Below, piece after piece: positions 9,008 through 18,060 of a DNA stretch of 64,000 nucleotides. This DNA comes from an uncultured Gammaproteobacteria bacterium (GTDB taxonomy: Bacteria; Patescibacteriota; Patescibacteriia; UBA11705; JABHMO01). Below the pieces are notes generated by a model, which had not been told where the DNA came from, made no database searches, and saw nothing but the letters and a program-made list of their open reading frames with translations. The translations under genes and the position numbers were made by a program. The stretch is from the NCBI GenBank assembly GCA_964590105.1, contig CAZPYM010000001.1, positions 76,768-140,767 of the forward strand, in the 5' to 3' direction. Position 1 is the first letter of the stretch. Each line of letters begins with the position of its first letter.

Positions 9008-9625
9008 ATGGAAGGCAAAAAATTCGTCACTATTTCCGGCAATATCGGCATCGGCAAATCAACACTGACAAAGAAGTTGGCGGATTATTATGGTTTTAAA
9101 CAATATCTGGAGCCAGTGGCGGAAAATCCTTATTTGGAAGATTTTTACAAGGACATGAAAAAATGGGCCTTTCATTCGCAAATGTATTTTCTTGGCAAGC
9201 GATTGCAGGATCATTACACTTTGGTTGTGGATAAACATTCGGTGATCCAGGACAGATGCATTTACGAGAACGCGGAAATTTTTGCCAAATATTTGCATCG
9301 GCGCGGATTTATTTCCAAGCGAGACTGGAAAGTGTATCAAACTATTTATAAAACCTTTACCCGCGTTTTGCCGGCGCCGGATCTGGTTATTTATTTAAAA
9401 GCTTCAACAGACAAAATAATGCAGCGAATAGAAAAGCGCGGCCGCGAATTTGAAAAAGGAATTTCCAAGCGCTATATTGAAGACTTGAATAATCTGTATG
9501 ATGACTGGGCGGGTAATTTTAAATTGTCGCAAGTTATTATTATTAATTATGATGATCTGGATCTAAAAAATAATGCCATTGATTTTGAGAACTTTTTGTC
9601 GGTGGTGAATGAGTGTTTGAAATAA
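9008..9625 (+). CDS. deoxynucleoside kinase (dCK/dGK/dAK family)
   Basis: P-loop ISGNIGIGKSTL and dNK-family motifs (for example ERC..); start moved to MEGKKF so it clears the upstream terminator. Confidence 0.7.
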   Translation: MEGKKFVTISGNIGIGKSTLTKKLADYYGFKQYLEPVAENPYLEDFYKDMKKWAFHSQMYFLGKRLQDHYTLVVDKHSVIQDRCIYENAEIFAKYLHRRGFISKRDWKVYQTIYKTFTRVLPAPDLVIYLKASTDKIMQRIEKRGREFEKGISKRYIEDLNNLYDDWAGNFKLSQVIIINYDDLDLKNNAIDFENFLSVVNECLK

Positions 9626-9710
9626 AACACGAATGGGCTGCACGCGAATGACGCGAATTAGAGAGTAAATCGAAGACAACGAAGCAATGAAATAAAGAAA
9701 CAATTAATCA

Positions 9711-9737
9711 ACAAAGAGATTTGTTGGTTTTTTGATT
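9711..9737 (+). terminator. intrinsic terminator after the kinase gene
   Basis: aacaaa-gaga-tttgtt hairpin followed by ggtttttt. Confidence 0.4.
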
Positions 9738-9781
9738 TTAGGATGATTTACCATGGTAAAAAAGTTATCCACAGGGGGCTC

Positions 9782-9809
9782 TTGACGTATTTAATTACAC
9801 GAGTATAAT
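9782..9809 (+). promoter_or_regulatory. sigma70-like promoter for the large noncoding region; a consensus DnaA box lies just upstream (9765..9773)
   Basis: TTGACG (9782..9787), a 16-nt spacer, TATAAT (9804..9809); upstream TTATCCACA. Confidence 0.5.
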
Positions 9810-9816
9810 AGGCATT

Positions 9817-10952
9817 ACAGTCGCAAAAAGCTCATTACAAGTCAGAGGCAGAAAAAGACAAGGGACGTCATGGATTGAAGCGCAAGCAGAGAACCATGAT
9901 CTAGCTATGAAAAGCGCCTTGCACTTACCTGCACCATTGATCAAGTAGCCAAAGCCAGCGAGTAATCAAAGGCCAAAGCAAAAGATCAAGCCAGCTGTTC
10001 AAGCCAAAGCAGAAAGCTTAGTGAAGACAACAAACTCTTGATTTCGTAGAGATACGGAGCCAAAGGCAAGTTGAAAACACAAAGCCAAAAGCAAAAGCAA
10101 GAACACGACTTCAAAACCTATGACCTCACGGTCAGAAGTCCAGAAGTTCAAGGCAGTACTAGCACTGTGGTTGAAGAAAAAGACCGGAGCAATCCGGAAA
10201 CTATCCTCAACACTAATCCAGTCTTTGGAATTGTAGCAATACAAACCCAAAGAAAAGCCAGACCAAAATCCGGCTCAAAGCAAAAAGCAACGTCGCAAGA
10301 CAATGCAGAAAGCTAAGAGCTAGATAAAAGTTTGACCTGGAATCACGCAAGCGCAAGCAAGCAAGATTCCCAGTGATTAGAAGGCAATGGAAGCCGCGAT
10401 CGCAAGATCAAAGCAACCAAAGCCAAACACAGCGCGAAAAGTTCAAGCGCAAACCGGGGACCAGACCAAAGCGGTCTGCTTCGAAAGAAGACTTGTTACT
10501 TCGGTAATAAGTAGCCGGAATGCATCAGTCCCCTTAAAAGGATTGAAAGATGCCAAAGGGCAAACCTGACAAGGAAAAGGAAAGCTTGATGGAGAGAGTA
10601 TCTATCAAAAAGGAAATAAACCTTGGCAACAAGGCAGACATCCTTGGAGAAAGTAACTCAAACTATCTTTAGTTCACTTCGGTGGACAAGCTGCCAAATC
10701 AATTCAGAAGAACTTCTGGAGGAGGATGACACCTGGAGGAGCAATCCAAAAGGAATATTCCTTGATACCATTAGTTCAAAAGAAAAGAAGAGGTCACCCC
10801 CAGTACCTGTCATGGCGAGCAAAACGCGCGTCTACTTGAACCAAGCACTTGGTAAAATCTTTCATGTAAATGAGCCTGAGGCAAGCCAACCAGCAAGCCA
10901 CTAGCGACTCATAGGAGGCAATCGTCACAACGAGAGCCTCCTGTTTTTTTTG
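9817..10952 (+). ncRNA. candidate large (~1.1 kb) structured noncoding RNA of unknown class
   Basis: Promoter-to-terminator unit with stop codons in all frames and only 60-93 aa low-complexity ORFs. Strongly T-poor and A-rich on the + strand, with CAAAGC-like repeats. Contains two C(UUCG)G hairpins (cttgttacTTCGgtaataag; gttcacTTCGgtggac), a GNRA hairpin (ccggaGCAAtccgg) and a cagacc/ggtctg hairpin. Confidence 0.45.
10914..10952 (+). terminator. intrinsic terminator ending the noncoding unit
   Basis: ggaggc…gcctcc stem with an inner tcg/cga stem, followed by gtttttttt. A second GC hairpin (ccctgcc/gggcaggg) lies just downstream. Confidence 0.6.
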
Positions 10953-11114
10953 TACAGATGTACCCCTGCCTGCCGGCGGGCAGGGATTAAGTACAGATTG
11001 AGGGAGTTTGTATGATAATCGGATGTGTCGCTTTCTTTGTTTATATATTTATTATTGTTATAATTTGAATACGATTTTGCCTTCGCATAAACTGAATCGT
11101 TTAATCAAAATCCA

Positions 11115-12122
11115 ATGACTAGCGCAAGAAAAAAAATTATTGTCGGAATAATTTATGGCGGAAAATCGCCTGAGCATGAAGTTTCCATTGTTTCAGCAAA
11201 GGGAGTGATTGAAAATATCAATCGTGAGAAATTTAGTGCAGTTAAAATTTTTATTGATAAGAAAGGACAATTTTGGCTGGATAATAAAAACAGAAAGCGG
11301 TTTGACCCTTTTGTCGACGCGAGCAAGATTGATGTTTTTTTCCCTGTCTTGCATGGATACGGAGGAGAGGACGGCGAAATTCAAGGATTATTGTGTTCTA
11401 TTAATAAACCTTTTGTCGGCGCGGATATTTTGGCTTCCGGGATTTGTTTGGACAAAGGAATTTTTAAGTTGATATTAAAAGCGGAAGGCTTGCCGCAAAC
11501 CCGGTTTGCTGTCTTGGATTTTACAAAGACGGCAAAAGCAAGTATGCGGATTGCAATCATTGAAATAAAGCTAAAATTTCGATTTCCGGTTTTTGTCAAG
11601 CCGTGCAATTTGGGTTCGTCAGTTGGAATTTTTAAAGTGAAGAATAAAAACAGGCTTGCCGGCTTTATTGATCAGGCAAAAAAATTCGATTCACGAATCG
11701 TCATAGAGGAGTCGGTTGAAAAGTGCAGAGAAATTGAAATTTCTGTGTTGGGAAATAATTACAAAAATACGAAAGTATCATTACCGGGTGAAATAGTTTC
11801 CGGCGCGGAATTTTACGATTACGACGACAAATATAATAATTGCAAAGCAAAAACTGTCGCGCCGGCGGAATTGGGAGCAAGGCAGATAAAGCAAATTCAG
11901 CAATTGGCCATGAGGGCATATAATTTGGTTTGTTGCGAAGGCCTGGCCAGAGTGGATTTTTTGATCAATCAGAAGGGGAAAATTTATATTAACGAAATTA
12001 ATACAATTCCCGGATTTACGCCAATTTCCATGTACCCAAAAATGTGGGAAGCATCGGGACTTGATTATAAACGGTTAATAACAACGTTAATCTTGCTGGC
12101 GTTGAAAAAGAACCTTAAATAA
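11115..12122 (+). CDS. ddl: D-alanine--D-alanine ligase
   Basis: IVGIIYGGKSPEHEVSIVSAKGV N-terminus and ATP-grasp C-terminal motifs (…EINTIPGFT…). Confidence 0.85.
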   Translation: MTSARKKIIVGIIYGGKSPEHEVSIVSAKGVIENINREKFSAVKIFIDKKGQFWLDNKNRKRFDPFVDASKIDVFFPVLHGYGGEDGEIQGLLCSINKPFVGADILASGICLDKGIFKLILKAEGLPQTRFAVLDFTKTAKASMRIAIIEIKLKFRFPVFVKPCNLGSSVGIFKVKNKNRLAGFIDQAKKFDSRIVIEESVEKCREIEISVLGNNYKNTKVSLPGEIVSGAEFYDYDDKYNNCKAKTVAPAELGARQIKQIQQLAMRAYNLVCCEGLARVDFLINQKGKIYINEINTIPGFTPISMYPKMWEASGLDYKRLITTLILLALKKNLK

Positions 12123-12255
12123 TTTACGTCGGATTTTGTGTTTCGTTGCTTTATTGTTCTTTTGTTTTCTTCCGCCATAGGCGGACTGGTGTTTTCTTGT
12201 TTTCTTGTTTTTGTGGTATAATAAATTTAGAAATAAAAATTCAAACAAATACAAT

Positions 12256-12642
12256 ATGGTTCGGGAAAATATTGCGGCCAAGTCTATTAAATTTATTTTA
12301 AGGGATTTGGTGCTGGACATTTTATTATGGCCGATCTGGTGGTATGGCGTGGGACTCAAAACCGCTTTTGGTAAGATGGGGGAGACGATTTCTCAGGGGA
12401 ATAGAGAATTGGCTCTCAGCGTTTGGGTAAAAAATTTATTTAAGCCAATGTTTGGCCAGTACGACTGGCAGGGCAGGATAATAAGTTTTTTCATGCGTGT
12501 TTTTCAAATTATTTTTCGTTTTTTGCTTTTTATGTTTTGGATAATATTTTCGGCAGTAGTTTTTTTGATCTGGTTTTTGCTGCCGATTTTTTTAATATCT
12601 CAAATCTTGTTAAATCTGGGATTGTTCGATAAATTAATATGA
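12256..12642 (+). CDS. hypothetical small multi-TM membrane protein
   Basis: The ORF-track start (12205) lies inside the promoter (TGTGGTATAAT at 12212..12222), so the start is moved to MVRENI at 12256. Confidence 0.45.
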   Translation: MVRENIAAKSIKFILRDLVLDILLWPIWWYGVGLKTAFGKMGETISQGNRELALSVWVKNLFKPMFGQYDWQGRIISFFMRVFQIIFRFLLFMFWIIFSAVVFLIWFLLPIFLISQILLNLGLFDKLI

Positions 12643-15392
12643 GCGATAAAAATAATTATTTAGTTTGTACCGAATGCGGCGGAACCGGCCAGGTCGAAGG
12701 AAATGTTTGCAATGTTTGCCGCGGACTCGGCGTGGTGTTGTTTTTGAACGACAAAGTTTTGTATTGGGGCAAGCATTATGACGCGCTGAATATTGCTTAC
12801 GACAAGATAACAACAAAGTTTAAAATCATTTATAATCTGGCGTTGGGACTAATCGGGCTGTCAGGGCTTGCGGTAATGGTTTACTATGGCTATCAGGACA
12901 ATTTTGTTGCATTTTTTTCTTATAAATACTGGTTAACGCCGAGCAGTGAAAAATTATATTTTTGGCTGACGCTTTTGATTGATTTGTATTTATATTATCG
13001 ACTGGAGCAGGAAGTGTCTTTGAAATACAGAGTAATGACTAAGAAATTTCAGTCAGGAATTGGCTCGGTTGCAGGAATGATTGATTGGGAAAGTATCAGT
13101 AAAATGAAAAAAGGAGAAATGGTTGACATCTCCGATACTTTTACCGGGGAAGCGAAAAAAGCAGTGCAAGCGAGCTTTGAGCTGGCCTGCCACTTTGAAC
13201 ACGGGGAGGTTTTGAGGGTTCATTTTTTTGGTATTTTATTTCAATTTGATAAATCAGCTATTATTCTAGCGCGGCTCGGTATAAACTTTGAACAGCTAAA
13301 ACAAAAGATCAGCAGATTTTTGTCCAGAAGCATTGTCAGCCGGCCGGGGATCCCCGGGCTGTCAGCTGAGTTATTAAAGTTGCTTTTGGCGGCTTATGCG
13401 GAAGCATATTCATCCAATAAAGACAAAGTTGATTTGCCGGAAATGGCGCTGTCTTTGGCCAATCCCGAGATCGTTGAAAAAGATAAACTTGATGAAGTTG
13501 AAGAAATATTAGTTGATTTTGATTTAAATTATCAAAAAGTAATAAATGTTGTTGCCTGGATCAGGATTCAAGAACAAATGCGCAGCAACTGGCAGAGATT
13601 TCGCGGGCGGGCTAGATATAAGCCAAAGTCAGGCATGGATAGAGCCATGACAGCGATCGCCACGCCTCTGCTTGACAAGTTTAGCGAAGACCTGACCGTT
13701 CTGGCCAAGTACGGGCAATATTTTCCTTGCATCGGCCGCGCTGACGAATTTGAAAAGATTTTCAGAGTCATTGAAGGCTCAAGACAAGGAGTGCTTTTGA
13801 TAGGAAATCAGGGAGTCGGTCGCACAACGATTTTGCAGGGGCTGGCTGGGCGCATGGCTTCAGAAGATGTGCCGGAATTATTGCAAGACAAAAGATTGGT
13901 CAGCCTGAACGTAGCCAGCTTACTGGCCGGCGTTGACGCGAGCGGCGCAGAGCAGAGATTACTTTATATTATTGATGAAGTGATTCGTTCCGGCAATATT
14001 ATTTTAGCGGTGGAAAATATCCACAATTTGCATGGCATCACAGCCGGCGGTGAGAACAGTCTAGATTTATCCGAGGTCTTTGCCCAGTTGCTGTCCAAAC
14101 ATTTATTTTATTGTCTGGCCACGACCACGCCTGACGGTTATGTAAATACGATTGAAAACAAAACATTGGATGCGGCTTTTCAGATTGTTAAAATTGATGA
14201 ATTGGAATTAAACGACGCAATTCAAGTATTGGAAGCAAAAAGCGGGCCGATTGAATATCAAAATAATATTTATTTTTCATATTCGGCAATAGAAAAAGCA
14301 GTAGTTTTGTCTTCCAGGTACATTCATGACAAATATTTGCCTGAAAAAGCAATCGGTATATTGGAACAGAGCGCCATTAAAGTAAAACAAGAAAGGGGTG
14401 TGGATAAAGTCGTGTTGGGTGAAGACGTGGCTGAAGTTATTTCCAGTATGACCAAGATTCCTCTGACTCAAGTGACGCAAAAAGAAAGCGAAAAACTTTT
14501 GAATATGGAAGACAGAATTCACGAGCGCATGGTTGATCAGGAAGAAGCGGTAAGTCTGGTGGCTGCCAGTCTGCGCCGGGCGCGGGCTGAATTGCGCGAA
14601 GGCAAGAGGCCGATCGCCAGCTTGCTGTTTCTCGGGCCGACCGGTGTTGGAAAAACCGAGCTGGCCAAAACAGTTGCAGAAGTTTATTTTAGCAATGAAA
14701 ATTCCATGATCCGCATCGACATGTCAGAATATCAGGAACAGTCGAGCATCGGCCGTTTAATCGGCCATGGTTCTAGCGCCGGCATTTTGACCGAGCAGGT
14801 GCGCAAAGCGCCATTTAGCTTGGTTCTCTTTGATGAGATAGAAAAAGCGCATCCCGATATTCTAAATTTATTTTTGCAGGTGCTGGACGATGGCCGGCTG
14901 ACTGACGCGCGCGGACGAACAATTGATTTCACCAGTACGATTATTATTATGACTTCCAATGCCGGCGCGCAATATATTCAGGATCAGATTAGAAAAGGCG
15001 AAGCCATTGAAAAAATAAAAGATTATTTGATAAATGAAGAATTAAAACAACATTTTCGGCCGGAATTTCTAAATCGTTTCGACGGCGTGGTTGTTTTCAA
15101 GCCTCTGTCAATGGTCGACGTGATCAAGATTGCTCGACTGATGATAAATAAAATTACTGCGCGATTAAAAGAAAAAGGAATTGAATTCAGCGTTACGGAC
15201 AGCGCAATCGCCGAGTTGGCTGAACTGGGTTTTGATCCAAAATTCGGCGCTCGGCCATTGCGCCGCACTATCCAGGAGCGGGTTGACGACGCACTGGCCA
15301 ATAAGATTTTAAAAGGCGAACTTGGCAGGCGGGATCGTGTAGTTATGGACGTCGGTGGAGAGTTACAAATTGAAAAAGCCGAGAAATTATAG
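12639..15392 (+). CDS. ClpC/ClpB-like AAA+ chaperone with an N-terminal DnaJ-type zinc ribbon plus TM segment(s), a degenerate D1 ATPase and an intact D2
   Basis: N-terminal CTECGGTGQ…CNVCRGLG, then hydrophobic helices, then Clp_N-like repeats. D1 Walker A reads GNQGVGRTT and Walker B ILAVENIHNL (both non-canonical); D2 Walker A GPTGVGKTE, Walker B LVLFDEIEKAH, and a sensor/arginine region. Confidence 0.7.
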   Translation: MSDKNNYLVCTECGGTGQVEGNVCNVCRGLGVVLFLNDKVLYWGKHYDALNIAYDKITTKFKIIYNLALGLIGLSGLAVMVYYGYQDNFVAFFSYKYWLTPSSEKLYFWLTLLIDLYLYYRLEQEVSLKYRVMTKKFQSGIGSVAGMIDWESISKMKKGEMVDISDTFTGEAKKAVQASFELACHFEHGEVLRVHFFGILFQFDKSAIILARLGINFEQLKQKISRFLSRSIVSRPGIPGLSAELLKLLLAAYAEAYSSNKDKVDLPEMALSLANPEIVEKDKLDEVEEILVDFDLNYQKVINVVAWIRIQEQMRSNWQRFRGRARYKPKSGMDRAMTAIATPLLDKFSEDLTVLAKYGQYFPCIGRADEFEKIFRVIEGSRQGVLLIGNQGVGRTTILQGLAGRMASEDVPELLQDKRLVSLNVASLLAGVDASGAEQRLLYIIDEVIRSGNIILAVENIHNLHGITAGGENSLDLSEVFAQLLSKHLFYCLATTTPDGYVNTIENKTLDAAFQIVKIDELELNDAIQVLEAKSGPIEYQNNIYFSYSAIEKAVVLSSRYIHDKYLPEKAIGILEQSAIKVKQERGVDKVVLGEDVAEVISSMTKIPLTQVTQKESEKLLNMEDRIHERMVDQEEAVSLVAASLRRARAELREGKRPIASLLFLGPTGVGKTELAKTVAEVYFSNENSMIRIDMSEYQEQSSIGRLIGHGSSAGILTEQVRKAPFSLVLFDEIEKAHPDILNLFLQVLDDGRLTDARGRTIDFTSTIIIMTSNAGAQYIQDQIRKGEAIEKIKDYLINEELKQHFRPEFLNRFDGVVVFKPLSMVDVIKIARLMINKITARLKEKGIEFSVTDSAIAELAELGFDPKFGARPLRRTIQERVDDALANKILKGELGRRDRVVMDVGGELQIEKAEKL

Positions 15393-15508
15393 AAAATCCT
15401 CTAAAAAATTTTTGTTAATGAAAAAAACAGGCGCCAGTCAAGCGGCCTGTTTTATTGATAAAAATATGAATATCAGCTAGAATAATATCAATTGATATAA
15501 AGGCTTTT

Positions 15509-16627
15509 ATGAACAGCTATGACTACATTTTTGCTTTGATTGCTTCATTTGCGCTTTGCCTAGTGGTGACGCCTTTTGTTATATTATTCGCGAAAAGAGC
15601 AAAAATAATTGATAAGCCGGATTCAGACCGCAAAATTCACCGGAAGCCGACGCCATTGCTTGGCGGGCTGGCGGTGTTTTTGAGTTTTAATTTGATTGTG
15701 CTTTTTTATTCTTTGATAACACGTGATTTGATCGGCGACACGATTATTTTCAAAAATCTTCTTGGCGTTTTTCTCGGCAGTTTTTTTCTGGCGCTCGGCG
15801 GATTTTTGGACGATAAATACAATCTGCGGCCAAAGTGGCAGCTGATCTGGCCGATACTAGCGGCGCTCAGCGTAATTGTCTGCGGTATTGGCATTGATTG
15901 GATAACAAATCCTTTTGGTGACGGAGTCCTGGAGTTAAATAAATATACGATTAAACTTTTTTGGTACCATGGAATAGCTTATAAATTTACTTTGCTGGCT
16001 GATATTTTTACTTTTGTCTGGCTACTTGCCATGATGTACACGACGAAACTTTTGGACGGGCTTGACGGCTTGGTTTCCGGCATTACAATTATTGGTTCAA
16101 TTTTTATATTTTTTACTGCTTTGAACAAAGGTGACATTATTCAGTACGATGTTGCTCTTCTGGCAATAATCCTGATCGGAGTTTTTGTGGGCTTTTTGGT
16201 TTTTAATTTTAATCCGGCCTCGATTTTTCTTGGCGAAGGCGGCAGTACCATGGCCGGATTTTTGCTCGGCTGTATTTCAATAATCAGCGGTAGTAAAGTC
16301 GGCATTACTTTGCTTTTGCTGTCGATTCCTTTTCTTGATTTTGTCTGGACCGTAGTCCGTCGTTTTGTTGAAAAAAGAAATTTATTCAGCGCTGACAGAA
16401 AACATTTGCACCATCGTCTGCTCGATGCCGGATTTACGGTCAAGCGTGCGGTTTTATTTTTGTATTCAATCGCAGTGGCCTTTGGCTTGGTGGCATATTA
16501 TTTCCAGGACAAGGGCATTAGTTTCATGACCGCAATGGCGGCGGTAGTGGTGGTTTTTATGCTGATTTTAGCTTATGTATATACAAAAAAGAGGCGAAAA
16601 GCCAGACTCTTGACGGAAAACAATTAA
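15509..16627 (+). CDS. glycosyltransferase family 4 polyprenyl-phosphate sugar-1-phosphate transferase (MraY/WecA family)
   Basis: Multi-TM protein with DDKYNLRP and LLDGLDGL motifs. Confidence 0.7.
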   Translation: MNSYDYIFALIASFALCLVVTPFVILFAKRAKIIDKPDSDRKIHRKPTPLLGGLAVFLSFNLIVLFYSLITRDLIGDTIIFKNLLGVFLGSFFLALGGFLDDKYNLRPKWQLIWPILAALSVIVCGIGIDWITNPFGDGVLELNKYTIKLFWYHGIAYKFTLLADIFTFVWLLAMMYTTKLLDGLDGLVSGITIIGSIFIFFTALNKGDIIQYDVALLAIILIGVFVGFLVFNFNPASIFLGEGGSTMAGFLLGCISIISGSKVGITLLLLSIPFLDFVWTVVRRFVEKRNLFSADRKHLHHRLLDAGFTVKRAVLFLYSIAVAFGLVAYYFQDKGISFMTAMAAVVVVFMLILAYVYTKKRRKARLLTENN

Positions 16628-16674
16628 TCGTGTATTATGTAAGCATTAAAACAATAAAATAACAGAATATCAAT

Positions 16675-16989
16675 ATGAATTTAGCTGTAATAAAGACCGG
16701 TGGCAAGCAATACAAGGTTGCCGGCGGACAGGAATTAAATATAGAAAAACTGGAAGGCAATGTAGGCGACAAAATTAAGTTCGACCAGGTTTTGTTAATG
16801 ACGGATGAAGAAGGCGAAAAATTTGAAATCGGCCAGCCAATTTTGAAGGAGATAAATATTGAAGCTGAAATTGTTGAGCAAGGAAGAGCGAAAAAGGTTA
16901 GCGTCATCAAATACAAAAGAAAAGTGCGCTATCGCCGTAATGTTGGCCATAGACAGCCATTCACCAAAGTAAAGTTTGGGAAAATATAA
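16675..16989 (+). CDS. rplU: 50S ribosomal protein L21
   Basis: MNLAVIKTGGKQYKV… L21 signature; a terminator follows immediately and no rpmA comes after it. Confidence 0.85.
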   Translation: MNLAVIKTGGKQYKVAGGQELNIEKLEGNVGDKIKFDQVLLMTDEEGEKFEIGQPILKEINIEAEIVEQGRAKKVSVIKYKRKVRYRRNVGHRQPFTKVKFGKI

Positions 16990-17012
16990 AATTTAGAGGT
17001 CAATATATAAAA

Positions 17013-17042
17013 AGCCCCTGCCTTGGCGGGGCGCTTTTTTGT
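17013..17042 (+). terminator. intrinsic terminator after rplU
   Basis: gcccctgcc/ggcggggc stem followed by gcttttttg. Confidence 0.6.
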
Positions 17043-17096
17043 TAAGTAATAAAAATAATAAACGCTTCAACGGTGAGGTTGAAGCGTTTTGTTGCG

Positions 17097-17920
17097 CTAG
17101 AGTTTTTTCGCACCAAGGATTTTTTGCAACAGGAATTTCTTGTGTTCAGTCAGCGTTTCAGCCGTGGCGCGGACAGTGCTGGCGAGAAGCGCTCTCATTT
17201 CTTGTTCATCTTCCGGTAGGGCAATGGGAGTATCGCAGTCAAGTTCTTCGTCTGAAGCAGTTTCCGGATAGAGCTTTCTAATAGAACCTGTTACGTTCGA
17301 AAGCAGGCTTGACAGCGCCATGTTAGTGCGTTTGATGAAAAGCTGGAGCAGCGCGCCCATTAAGGCTGTTTCTGATATTTTCGAATCCGGCTCGCGGACA
17401 ACGCCGATGATGGCGTAGACATTCAAGGCTGGAGTTCCGGCATGGTGGAAAAAGTGGCAGGTCGTTTCGTTTATTTGGCAGACAGGCACAGCTTTGTCGT
17501 CAAGGAAAACAAGAGTGCATTGGCGCCGCAAATTGAGTTCGGGAATAAGCTGATTGATCAGCATTATCATTAGTTCGTGCTGGATGTCCTCAAGCGTTTC
17601 CTGGCCGGTATTCCTGCCAAAAGAAAAGTCATGTACTCCGGTTCCGGAACCAAGGTCAGGGGTCCCACGGTAAGAAAAGCCGCGACCGACAATACCTGGT
17701 TGCCAGATAACAGCGCAGTGGCTTTGACGGAACTTACAGATTACTGACCCCGAGATAAACATTTGTTTGGCGTTTTCCGGTGATTGGAAAATCAGACCTT
17801 CGTGCAAGACCTGGGCGCACAGCTGTCCTTGGAGCAGCTTTTCTTCATTAAAATAAAGCACTAGTACGTGCTGTCCAGAACTTTGGGCTAACTCACATTC
17901 TTCTTCGCTAATCATGCTTC
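17097..17920 (-). CDS. hypothetical protein, GC-richer than its neighbours, unknown function (His/Cys-rich, possibly metal-dependent)
   Basis: About 274-aa ORF from MISEEE…; no family recognised (motifs such as HFFHHAG and GSGTGVHDF); sits between rplU and recR. Confidence 0.45.
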
Positions 17921-18060
17921 CTCCTCCCCATTCGTCCGAGCAGGCTTGCCTGTTCACGAATCAAGGGCACAAGGGTTTGAGCAATAATCCAGACCTTCTG
18001 GATTATCAAAGAGCCAAGACATTTAACTTATTGAATTTTATAAAATTTGTCAAGTGTATC

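Noticed and set aside
9765-9773. Chromosomal replication origin suggested by a consensus DnaA box (a second TGTGGATAA lies inside queH at about 3478)
   Set aside because: Only isolated single boxes were found. There is no cluster, no AT-rich DUE with 13-mers and no dnaA gene nearby, which is insufficient for an oriC call.
10071-10904. Three small + strand ORFs (81, 60, 93 aa) inside the candidate ncRNA region
   Set aside because: Low-complexity K/Q/S/A-rich translations that are a by-product of the T-poor composition. There is no SD or start context, and stop codons lie in every frame between them. Treated as noncoding.
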